From NCBI GenBank assembly GCA_963837465.1, contig CAWINB010000004.1, positions 586,853-650,852 on the forward strand: DNA of 64,000 nucleotides. The letters run 5' to 3'. Below the pieces are notes generated by a model, which worked only from the letters and a program-made list of their open reading frames with translations, ran no database searches and was not told where the DNA came from. Of the stretch, positions 27,042-35,908 are shown piece after piece (position 1 is the stretch's first letter; each line of letters starts with the position of its first letter). This stretch comes from Candidatus Doudnabacteria bacterium. GTDB lineage: Bacteria; Patescibacteriota; Doudnabacteria; UBA920. Position numbers and translations under genes: made by a program.

Positions 27042-27923
27042 ATGTTTAGACTTTACTACCACCTAACCAAACCCGGAATAATTTACGGCAATGCCATAAC
27101 TGCCATTGCCGGGTTTTTTTTGGCTTTAAATTCAAATGAATATTTAGTGTCAAGGGTGACCCTTGACACTAAACTTTTTTTTGCGATGCTGGTTGGGCTG
27201 TCTTTTATAATCGGTTCTTCCTGTGTTTTTAACAATGTCTGGGACGGGGATATTGACGCAAAAATGGAGCGGACAAAAAAACGGGCAATGGTTACCGGAG
27301 AGATCGGCAAAATATCGGCGATTATTTTTGCGAGCATATTGGGTTTGCTTGGCGCGTTCATCTTAGGCCTGCTCACTAACCCCTTAACTCTAATCGTCGC
27401 CCTGCTGGGCATGTTTTTTTATTTGATTTTATACACTCCGCTGAAGCGCAAAACCGCATACGGTACTTTAATCGGCGCGATCGCGGGAGCTACGCCGCCC
27501 GTTGTTGGATACGTTGCCGTCACCAATAATTTTGATACCGCGGCATTGCTGCTGTTTTTTATTTTGGTGTTTTGGCAAATGCCGCATTTTTACGCCATTG
27601 CCATCCGCCGGCTGGATGAGTATAAAGCCGCTTCAATTCCGGTACTGCCGGTTAAGGAGGGTATACATAATACAAAAATAAAAATGCTCGCGTACATTGC
27701 CGCGTTTATTTTAGCCACCGCGGGGTTAACTTATTTTAAATATACAAGCTATATGTATTTAGTTGTTATGATTTTACTCGGGCTATATTGGTTGTGGATT
27801 GGAGTTAGTGGTTTTAAAAAAACATCCGATGATAACAAATGGGCCAGCAAAATGTTTTTGTCGTCGCTTATAATCCTGACCTTGTTTTCGGTTGTCGTTT
27901 CATTTGGAACTCGTTTGCCATAA
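27042..27923 (+). CDS. cyoE: protoheme IX farnesyltransferase (heme O synthase) carrying in-frame palindromic-repeat insertion
   Basis: UbiA-family motifs NNVWDGDIDAKMERT and second Asp-rich region; 9 TM. Confidence 0.85.
   Translation: MFRLYYHLTKPGIIYGNAITAIAGFFLALNSNEYLVSRVTLDTKLFFAMLVGLSFIIGSSCVFNNVWDGDIDAKMERTKKRAMVTGEIGKISAIIFASILGLLGAFILGLLTNPLTLIVALLGMFFYLILYTPLKRKTAYGTLIGAIAGATPPVVGYVAVTNNFDTAALLLFFILVFWQMPHFYAIAIRRLDEYKAASIPVLPVKEGIHNTKIKMLAYIAAFILATAGLTYFKYTSYMYLVVMILLGLYWLWIGVSGFKKTSDDNKWASKMFLSSLIILTLFSVVVSFGTRLP
27145..27171. repeat. palindromic repeat element copy C, inserted in-frame inside cyoE/ctaB
   Basis: TAGTGTCAAGGGTGACCCTTGACACTA translated in gene frame as LVSRVTLDTK, an extra segment in the heme O synthase. 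Confidence 0.85.
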
Positions 27924-28064
27924 CAATACCAATGCATCATCCCGAATGCATCTGAGGGATCCCTTAAAGATGACAGTTTATCAAGGATTGGGGATAAGGA
28001 ATTCCTCTCTCGGCTGCCACTGTCTGGGAATGGTAATAGTAAAAAGCTTGAGTTTTTAAAATTA

Positions 28065-28340
28065 TTGCGCTATGATATTTATATGATTCTAATTTTCCAC
28101 ATCATCGTTGCCTTATCCAGCCTGGCTTACACCGGCTATGTTTTTCTTTTCCCTTCAAAACGGGGACTTTACGCGGCTTACGGTCTTGTCGCTCTGACTG
28201 TGGCCAGCGGTACCCTGCTTTTAATCCAAAACCCCGGTTCCATGCGCCAAGTCTGTACTACCGGATTGGTTTATTTAGCTGTTGTAACAGTTGGAATAAT
28301 CTTTGTCCATCATAAATTGGCGACAAGAGCGCAATCTTAG
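28065..28340 (+). CDS. small 3-TM membrane protein
   Basis: ORF, hydrophobic. Confidence 0.4.
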   Translation: MRYDIYMILIFHIIVALSSLAYTGYVFLFPSKRGLYAAYGLVALTVASGTLLLIQNPGSMRQVCTTGLVYLAVVTVGIIFVHHKLATRAQS

Positions 28341-28407
28341 TTTTACAACAACTAAAAAGGATTCCCCTAGGTTGCCTAGGGGAATCCTTTTTAAATTTCA
28401 ACGATCT

Positions 28408-29916
28408 TTATTCCACATGCACATGCACGTTATCGCTGCCTTTTTGCACGTTAATCCAAAATGAGGTGATGACGCCAACAAATACCAGGACGGCGGCGGT
28501 CACAAAAACGTAAGCGTAAGCGGAAACCTGGGCTTTTAAGATGATCAGGGCGATGAATTTTTGGTAATCCGAAGGGTTGGTGCTGTTTAAAATGCTGTGG
28601 GCGTTTATTTTTAACACGTAACTGTTGGTGGCGTTGGTTAAGATAGTGCTGAAAATCGCAATGCCAAAAGCGCCGGCCACGTTCCTGACCAAGGCTAAAA
28701 TAGAAGAAGCCACGCCGATTTCCTGGGTCGGCACCACCGCGGCAATAACGTTAGTTCTCTGGGCCATGCCAAAGCCCAGGCCAAAAGACATAATAGTCAG
28801 CGGTATCATAATATCCAAAGCCGTGGAACGGGGATCCAAACCACGCAGTAAAAAAATACCCAGAGCCGCCACAAAAGTACTGGCCGCTATTACGTATTTG
28901 GGTTTAACTTTTCCGGTCAGCGCCCCGCCAATTGGCGCGGCGGCCATAAGCCCTACCGCAAGAGGGATAAACAAGTAGCCGCTTTGGGTGGCGGAGTCGC
29001 CCAAAAAAGTCTGGGCAAAAATCGGGATTAGAAATATGGCGCCGTAAAGGCCCATAAAAACGATAAAATTGTTGAGCAGGGTGTTAACGAAGGCGCTGAT
29101 CTTAAAAAACTTTAAGTCCACAATCGGCTCCGGTACCAGCTTTTCTATCCACAAAAATATCCAGGTAAATGCCACTATCGCGGCGTAACAAACCCAGGCC
29201 TGCCAGGAACTCCAGCCCCAGGCGGGCCCCTGGTCCAGTATCAAAACCAAAGCGGAAAGCGCCGCGCCCAAAGTAATGGCACCCCACCAGTCAAAAAATT
29301 TGGTCTTTTTTTCGGATACGGATTCCTTAACGAAAGTTAAAGCCATAAACAAACCGAGCAGGCCAATGGGCAAATTAACCAAAAAAACCGAGCGCCAGCC
29401 GAAGTTGTCTATAAGCGGGCCGCCAATAAGCGGGCCAAACACGGCCGCGGCCGCGAACGAAGAAGACCAAATCCCCAAAGCCTGGGCGCGTTCTTTTTCG
29501 CCCTTAAAAGTTACGGCCAAAATAGCCATGGCAGTGGGGTAATCGGCTGAACCGGCAATGGCCTGGATAACCCTAAATGATATCATGGAGCTTAAATTCC
29601 AGCTAAGTCCGGCCAGTACCGAGCCGAAAATAAAAATGGAAAAACCCAAGATGTAGACTTTTTTGCGGCCGATGGTATCGCCCAGCTTGCCCCAAATCGG
29701 CACGAAAATGGCATTGGCCAGAATGTAAGCCGTGGCAATCCAGCCGGCGGCGGAGACGGAAATATTAAAGTCGGTGATAATTTTCGGCAGCGCCAAATTT
29801 ACAATGGTCTGGTCCAGCCGGCCAAGAAAAGTCCCGACGATAACCGTCAGGAGTATCCACCATTTGAGACTGGAAGATTCTTTTGCGGGTTCGGTTAGGG
29901 TCGTTGTGGTAGCCAT
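28408..29916 (-). CDS. MFS drug:H+ antiporter, 14-TM DHA2 (EmrB/QacA-like)
   Basis: MFS signature GKLGDTIGRKK, 14 predicted helices. Confidence 0.85.
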   Translation of the reverse strand: MATTTTLTEPAKESSSLKWWILLTVIVGTFLGRLDQTIVNLALPKIITDFNISVSAAGWIATAYILANAIFVPIWGKLGDTIGRKKVYILGFSIFIFGSVLAGLSWNLSSMISFRVIQAIAGSADYPTAMAILAVTFKGEKERAQALGIWSSSFAAAAVFGPLIGGPLIDNFGWRSVFLVNLPIGLLGLFMALTFVKESVSEKKTKFFDWWGAITLGAALSALVLILDQGPAWGWSSWQAWVCYAAIVAFTWIFLWIEKLVPEPIVDLKFFKISAFVNTLLNNFIVFMGLYGAIFLIPIFAQTFLGDSATQSGYLFIPLAVGLMAAAPIGGALTGKVKPKYVIAASTFVAALGIFLLRGLDPRSTALDIMIPLTIMSFGLGFGMAQRTNVIAAVVPTQEIGVASSILALVRNVAGAFGIAIFSTILTNATNSYVLKINAHSILNSTNPSDYQKFIALIILKAQVSAYAYVFVTAAVLVFVGVITSFWINVQKGSDNVHVHVE

Positions 29917-30004
29917 AGATTTTGAGATAATCGGAGAAATCAGAGAATCAGAAAAATCGGAAGCTCAGATTCTCTGATTTCTCCGATTTTTCTGGAGTTC
30001 CAGT

Positions 30005-30703
30005 TTACTTCGTGAATATTGTCAGTTTCGCCGACATTCCGTTCTTAAGCTCCGGATACTCCGATGTATTAAAGCGCACTTTAACGTTAAACTGCTGTTC
30101 CTCGCGCTGATCGGAAATATTAAACACAACATCACTTTGGTTGGATGTCGGATCCACTTCGTCCACCACGCCGGAATATTTTTTGCCGCCGAAAGCGTCC
30201 ACGGTAAAACCGGCCAATTGGCCGACGGCTATCCTGTCCAGACCCTTGTTTTCGTCCAGAGTGCCCACCACCCTTAGCTGGCTCGGGTCTATCATGCTGA
30301 CTACCGCGTCGCCGGGATTAAAAGTTTTGCCTATCTCGTTGTCTACGGTTATAATTTCACCCGCGACCTGGGTTTTAATAATTTCCGTGCCGACTTCGGC
30401 TACGGGCGTGTTGGCGGCCACCGTATCGCCTTCGTTGACGTAAAGCGCCTGCAGCTGTCCGGGTGTGCTGGGGGACAGGTCAATAATCGGGGCGGAAATA
30501 AGCGACGTGTCTATGCCTACGCGGCTGCCTGACATTTGCCAGTAAACAAAACCGCCGGCAAGAACCAAAACCAGAACGGCCCAGCTTAAAGATTTAATCC
30601 AGGGGTTCCGCAAAATACCGCGTTCGGCTTTTTCGACTTTGTCTTCGGTCCCGCCGATGGCTTTTAAAATTTGGTCTTCGTTGTTTTTATCGTTGTTATC
30701 CAT
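30005..30703 (-). CDS. HlyD-family membrane-fusion/adaptor protein (EmrA-like, short)
   Basis: N-terminal TM anchor, biotinyl/lipoyl-like hairpin and beta-barrel blocks. Confidence 0.65.
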   Translation of the reverse strand: MDNNDKNNEDQILKAIGGTEDKVEKAERGILRNPWIKSLSWAVLVLVLAGGFVYWQMSGSRVGIDTSLISAPIIDLSPSTPGQLQALYVNEGDTVAANTPVAEVGTEIIKTQVAGEIITVDNEIGKTFNPGDAVVSMIDPSQLRVVGTLDENKGLDRIAVGQLAGFTVDAFGGKKYSGVVDEVDPTSNQSDVVFNISDQREEQQFNVKVRFNTSEYPELKNGMSAKLTIFTK

Positions 30704-30731
30704 ATATTAAATAGTGTTAGATTGTTCAAAT

Positions 30732-32295
30732 TTAACTTCCAAAAGTCGCGACCTCCTGGCCCTGGTTCAGCCCGCCGGTTATTTGCACATTGCCGTCAAT
30801 CCCGGAAATGCCGATTTGAACCGGCGTGAGCCGGGTTTTGCCGTTGTTCTGGGTAATGACGTAATTTTGATTATTCTGCTGGATAACCGAGCTGGCAGGG
30901 ACAACTAAAGCGTTTTGGAGTGTTTGGTCGGTAATGCTGATGCTCGGCATCCATACCTTCTTTAATTCTGGCGTCGTTTTGGTTAAATTGCAGGGTGGTT
31001 TTGTAAGTATTTATCCCGTTCTGCACGGTGGAGGATGGGTCTATCGCGATAACGGTGGCGGGAAAAACCACGCCGCTGCCATAAGCTGTTAAAGTTACAG
31101 TGGCGCTGTCGCCGACTTTAATTTTTCCCACATTGGTTTCCGAAACGTAGGACTGGATTTGGAATTGCGAGCTGGAAATCATTTTGATGGCATCGGGACC
31201 AGGAGCCAAAGTGCTGCCGGCTACCGTCTGTCCGACTTTGGTATCCACCGAAGTGATTACGCCGTCTATGGGGGCGGTTAAAACAGTTTGGCTGTAAGTG
31301 TTTTGCGCGGATTGGACTTCGGCTTTGGCTTCATCAACCGCGGCCTGGGCCGAGGCTATATCTTCGGGTTGGGCCGGAGCCTGCTTTAGCTGCAGGGCTG
31401 CCTGGGCTTGGGTTAACGCGGACTGCGCGCTGTCAACCGCAGTCTGTGCCGTAGTTAGGGCCTGGTTTTGGGTTTGCAGCGCCGCGTTGTAGGCGTTTTG
31501 GTTGGCAACATAGCTGGCCGCGGCCGTGTTGGGAATGTTTACGGTCCAGCTATCACCCGAGTAAAGCTGTCCGGAAGGGAACTGGATCGTTAATCCCTGG
31601 GTGCCAAGAGGTACCGGCCCAATATTGCTGGCTGTTCCCTGGAAATTTTCCAGCCCGCTGGCCGTAAATTGTATGCCGCTGCCGGTATTGTAAAGTTTGA
31701 TTAAATATTGCCCCTGCTGGGTGCCGGTATAGCTGCCGCCGATAGCGGGGTTCTGGCTGGAAAGATTATTGGATGAGGGTGTGGCGGCCAGGCCGGAATT
31801 AAGCAAAGCGGTCAGGGCGTTTTGCACGGCCTGTTTTTGCTGGCTTATGACAGCCTGCTGGTTTAGCTGGGCGTTAGCCAGGGCGCTTTGAGCGGCTGTT
31901 ACGGCAGTTTGCGAGACGTTAATATCCGCGGAAGTGTCGCCGCTTACAACTTTCTGGTAATTGGCCTGGGCCTGGCTAAGTCCTGCCTCGGCCTGGCTTA
32001 AGGCCGCGGCTACGTCGCCGGAATCAAGTTTAACCAAAGCCTGTCCCTGCTTGACGGTTTGGTCGGCGACAACGTCAACTTCCGAGACTGTGCCGCCTTG
32101 TTGAAAGGCCAGAGACAAGTCCTGGGCGGCCACTACTGTGCCGCTAACGTTTACTCCCTGGGTAATGGAGGAGTTTTGGGCATTGGTAAAGTTAAGCTGG
32201 GGGCGTTTGGTTAAAGACCAGCTTATGTAGCCGGCGGCGGCTAAAATCACGATTATGGCAATTACTGTTACTGTTATAGGCTTGCTTGTTTTCAT
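30732..32295 (-). pseudogene. HlyD/MacA-like periplasmic adaptor with long coiled-coil, split by a frameshift near 30940
   Basis: ORF 30871-32295 ends ...ARIKEGMDA then frame switches; ORF 30732-30950 encodes the conserved C-terminal barrel/MP domain (SISITDQTLQNALVVPASSV...). Confidence 0.6.
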
Positions 32296-32400
32296 AGAAT
32301 CTGGTTTGCGTTTAATTGTTGTTCCTGCTCGTCATGATTGTAAAATTATTTACGGTTTCTTGATAGCGTATGTTTCCGTTTTGGAAACGTCCGGATAAAA

Positions 32401-32841
32401 TTAAGGCGTGCCGGCCATCTTTTTTAGAATTTTTAAAAAATCCAGCTGCTCCCTGACGCTTAGATTGTCCAACAAATGCTTAAAAATTCCGCAGCGCTGC
32501 TTAATGCCTTTTTGCAGTACGCCGTCGCCTTTTTTGGTCAGCTGTAAATGAACGGTGCGGCGGTCCGAACTGCTCGATTTTCTGGTGATAAATCCGGCCA
32601 CGACCAAATTATTAATCAATACGGTAGCCGAAGGAGGGGTGATGGCCAGAAAATCCGCTACTTCCTTCATGGTGGACTGTTTCTTTTCCTCAATAAAGCG
32701 GAGCGTTTCCACGTGGGCCATTGGAAGGTTGTAGAGGGGATTGTTTAAGTCCGTTTTTTGTTTTAGGGCCCGAAAAGCGCTAAAAAACAGCGAAGCTATT
32801 TCGTCAGTTTTGTTATTTTTCATCGGAAAAATATTAGACAT
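32401..32841 (-). CDS. MarR-family transcriptional regulator
   Basis: winged-HTH block TPPSATVLINNLVVAGFITRKSSSSDRRTVHLQLTKKG. Confidence 0.8.
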   Translation of the reverse strand: MSNIFPMKNNKTDEIASLFFSAFRALKQKTDLNNPLYNLPMAHVETLRFIEEKKQSTMKEVADFLAITPPSATVLINNLVVAGFITRKSSSSDRRTVHLQLTKKGDGVLQKGIKQRCGIFKHLLDNLSVREQLDFLKILKKMAGTP

Positions 32842-32914
32842 ACAAAATATTAGATACTCTAATAATATACCATATTTCGGGCTTTGTCAAGGGCGATTTC
32901 TTTAAATTTTTAAA

Positions 32915-32953
32915 CAAGGGGCGCCCTTTGCCGCAAAGGGCGCCCCTTGTTTT
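32915..32953 (-). terminator. GC-rich hairpin terminator downstream of malic enzyme gene
   Basis: CAAGGGGCGCCCTTTG-ccg-CAAAGGGCGCCCCTTG with flanking T/A runs. Confidence 0.6.
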
Positions 32954-32971
32954 GGGGCAGGCCCCTTATAT

Positions 32972-34129
32972 TTATTTTATGGCTGCGGCTACAGCGTTGG
33001 ACGCTTTTTTATCAAACAGGTCCGGCAGGATTTTTTTGGACGTGGGATTTTTTACCAGCGCGGCCAGATTTGCCGCCGCGGCGATCAGCATTTTTCGCGT
33101 GACCAGGCGGATTTTATTGTCCAGCGCCCCGCGGAAAATCCCCGGGAAAGCCAGGACGTTATTTATTTGGTTGGGGAAGTCGCTCCGGCCCGTGGCTACA
33201 ATCAAAGCTCCGGCTTTTACGGCCGTCTGGGGCATTATCTCGGGCACAGGGTTGGCCAGGGCGAAAATAATGGGTTTGGGGTTCATGGATTTTACCATAG
33301 CCGGTTTTAGCAGTCCCGCTTTGCTTACGCCGATGAAAACGTCGGCATTGTTTAAACAGCCTTCCAGTCCTCCCCGGAGGTTTTTTTGGTTGGTTTGCTT
33401 GGCCAGCCGCAGTTTTTCGGCATTTAAGCCGCTTCGTCCTCTATATATAGCGCCTTGGCTGTCCAGTATTATCAGATTTTTAAAGCCGTAAGCCAGCAAT
33501 AATCCGGCAATGCCTGTTCCGGCGGCGCCCGCGCCGTTGATAATAATTCTTGAACGTTTAGGGTGGAGAGTATGGGGTATAATAATGGCGGAACGGCATT
33601 TTAAAGCATTTACCAGCGCCGCCAAAACCACCACCGCCGTTGAATGCTGGTCATCGTGCAAAACGGGTATATCCAATTCCGCCTGGAGCCTTTTTTCAAT
33701 TTCAAAGCAGCGCGGCGCGGAAATATCTTCCAGCTGGACGGCGCCAAACACCGGCGCGATCATTTTAACCGTCCTGATGATTTCTTCGGTATCCTGCGTA
33801 TCCAAACAAACCGGAAACGCGTCTATGCCGGCAAACTTTTTCAGCAAAATCGCCTTGCCCTCCATAACCGGCAAAGCAGCCAAAGGCCCGATATTTCCCA
33901 AACCCAAAACCGCGCTGCCGTCCGTCACAACGGCCACGGTATTTTTTTTGATGGTATAGGTTGCCGCCAACCTGGCATCCCGGGCAATCAGTTTGCAAAC
34001 CTCAGCCACTCCCGGGGTATAAGCCAGGCAAAGATCGCTCGATGTCTCCAACCGAACCCCGCTCTTTATTCCCAGCTTGCCGCCGCGGGCTTTGTGCAGC
34101 AATAAAGATTTTTTAGCGATGTCGCGCAT
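32972..34129 (-). CDS. NAD(P)-dependent malic enzyme (short form)
   Basis: malic enzyme blocks YTPGVAEVC, VVTDGSAVLGLGNIG, GAGAAGTGIA. Confidence 0.85.
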   Translation of the reverse strand: MRDIAKKSLLLHKARGGKLGIKSGVRLETSSDLCLAYTPGVAEVCKLIARDARLAATYTIKKNTVAVVTDGSAVLGLGNIGPLAALPVMEGKAILLKKFAGIDAFPVCLDTQDTEEIIRTVKMIAPVFGAVQLEDISAPRCFEIEKRLQAELDIPVLHDDQHSTAVVVLAALVNALKCRSAIIIPHTLHPKRSRIIINGAGAAGTGIAGLLLAYGFKNLIILDSQGAIYRGRSGLNAEKLRLAKQTNQKNLRGGLEGCLNNADVFIGVSKAGLLKPAMVKSMNPKPIIFALANPVPEIMPQTAVKAGALIVATGRSDFPNQINNVLAFPGIFRGALDNKIRLVTRKMLIAAAANLAALVKNPTSKKILPDLFDKKASNAVAAAIK

Positions 34130-34209
34130 ATTCTGATTCTAGCAAATAAATACCTGTAGCGGAAACCTAAAAAATGCTATAATGACTCCGTAAAATTAAT
34201 TTAAGATGT

Positions 34210-34572
34210 ATGCGCGTAGTATTTAGAATTTTATTTACCGCTTTAGGCGTGCTTTTGGCCGCTTATATTGTGCCGGGAATAGCAGTGGCCGGTTTTTGGA
34301 TCGCGGTTTTGGTGGCTGTGGTTTTGGCGATTTTAAATGTTACCGTCGGGGCGTTGTTAAAAATTTTGACTTTGCCCTTAAGCATTGTAAGCTTTGGTTT
34401 TTTCTTCCTTATTATTAACGCTTTTATGTTCTGGGCGGCCAGTTTTGTAAAAGGCTTCCACGTGGCCGGGTTCTGGGCGGCGTTTTTTGGGTCGTTGATA
34501 GTTACCGTGGTAGCAATGCTGGGCAGGCGCTTTATCCGCGGATCATCGCGAAATTACCGTAGCCAATTTTAA
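34210..34572 (+). CDS. 4-TM phage-holin-family (superfamily IV / DUF360-like) membrane protein
   Basis: 120 aa, four TM helices, pattern typical of YvlD-like holin family. Confidence 0.5.
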   Translation: MRVVFRILFTALGVLLAAYIVPGIAVAGFWIAVLVAVVLAILNVTVGALLKILTLPLSIVSFGFFFLIINAFMFWAASFVKGFHVAGFWAAFFGSLIVTVVAMLGRRFIRGSSRNYRSQF

Positions 34573-34665
34573 ACTTTAGTGCTAAAATTGTGAGGAATCG
34601 CATTCTGGAGCGGAATCGGCCGCAACATTTTTGGAATTTGATATTTGTAATTTAAAATTTTCCCA

Positions 34666-35886
34666 ATGCCCTACATTAGCGAACTTTTAAACAACAGAGT
34701 TACCGACAGCTCCGATGTTACGGCGGGAAAATTACGGGATATTCTAATCAGCCCCAAGGAAGGCGCTTTTGCCCCCCTGGAGTTTTTGGTGGTTAAGGAC
34801 CTTCAAGGCCAAATCCGTTTTGTGCCTTACGAGTTTGTGGCAAATTTTAACAGCAGCCGGATTTCCCTAAAAAACCTGTTCGGTAAAATAGCGCTGGACC
34901 GCCTGCCTCCCAACCACTCCTACGTTTATTTAAAAAAAGAAATTCTTGACCGCCAGATTGTGGATGTGGCCGGCACCCGCGTAGTCAGGGTTAATGATCT
35001 GCGCATCGGCAGTTTTGAAAATAAAATGTGCGTTTTGGGCATAGACTCTTCTTTCCGCGGCATTCTGCGCCGTTTGGGTTTGGGCGATTCCTATTTCGGC
35101 TGGCTGTTCGACGTAAAGCTGATCGACTGGAGGCAGGCCAAGCTTTTGGAAGGCAGCGCTCCTTTGCGGTTAAACACGGCCGAGGAACAGCTAAGCCGCC
35201 TGCATCCAGCTGACCTGGCTAATTTGGTGGAAGATCTGGACGTAAAATACGCCAGCAGCCTGCTGGCATCTTTGGATTCCGCGGACGCGGCCAAAGTTTT
35301 GGAAGAAGTTGACCCGCGCCTGCAAACTATTCTGGTTAAATATCTGGGTCCGGAAAAGGCCGGAAGAATTTTATCGCAAATGTCCAGCGACGAATTCGTG
35401 GATTTGCTCAAAACTTTGTCCAAGCCCGAAGCCCAGGAATTTCTCTCGCAGGTCAAGGCCGGCAAAACCAAAAACCTGCAGAAACTTATCAATTATCCCG
35501 ATAATACGGCCGGCGGGCTTATGACCGTGGATTTTATTTCGGCCAGGCCCGAATGGTCCGTGGACAAAGTTATCCAAGAGATCAGGAAAGTTTCCGATGT
35601 GATGCGCTCCATAATGTACGTCTACGTTACCGCGGAGGATGGCGCGTTTTTGGGCGTGGTGTCCATAAGAAGGCTGCTTTTGGCCGACCGCGCGGCGGTT
35701 ATGGGCGATTTGGCCAAGCAGTTTCCGGATTACGCTTTTTTAAAGCCGTACCATAAAATCCAAAAAATCATTAAGCTGATGACTAAGTATAACTTATACA
35801 CGGCCGCGGTGGTGGACAAAGAAAAAAAGCTGGTCGGGGTAGTGACGATTGACGATGTGATGAGGCAGTTGTTCCCGAGCGCTTAG
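34666..35886 (+). CDS. MgtE N-terminal domain + tandem CBS domain protein (cytoplasmic Mg2+-sensing module, no TM domain)
   Basis: MgtE_N-like acidic helical region followed by two CBS motifs ending VVDKEKKLVGVVTIDDVMRQ; ORF stops before any TM segment. Confidence 0.75.
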   Translation: MPYISELLNNRVTDSSDVTAGKLRDILISPKEGAFAPLEFLVVKDLQGQIRFVPYEFVANFNSSRISLKNLFGKIALDRLPPNHSYVYLKKEILDRQIVDVAGTRVVRVNDLRIGSFENKMCVLGIDSSFRGILRRLGLGDSYFGWLFDVKLIDWRQAKLLEGSAPLRLNTAEEQLSRLHPADLANLVEDLDVKYASSLLASLDSADAAKVLEEVDPRLQTILVKYLGPEKAGRILSQMSSDEFVDLLKTLSKPEAQEFLSQVKAGKTKNLQKLINYPDNTAGGLMTVDFISARPEWSVDKVIQEIRKVSDVMRSIMYVYVTAEDGAFLGVVSIRRLLLADRAAVMGDLAKQFPDYAFLKPYHKIQKIIKLMTKYNLYTAAVVDKEKKLVGVVTIDDVMRQLFPSA

Positions 35887-35908
35887 TGCTTCGTAAACCC
35901 CAATTTCA

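Noticed and set aside
32884-32892. Partial 9-mer matches to the palindromic element (TGTCAAGGG at ~32886 and ~52724)
   Set aside because: A 9-mer is expected by chance about once per 64 kb on two strands; no second half-site adjacent.
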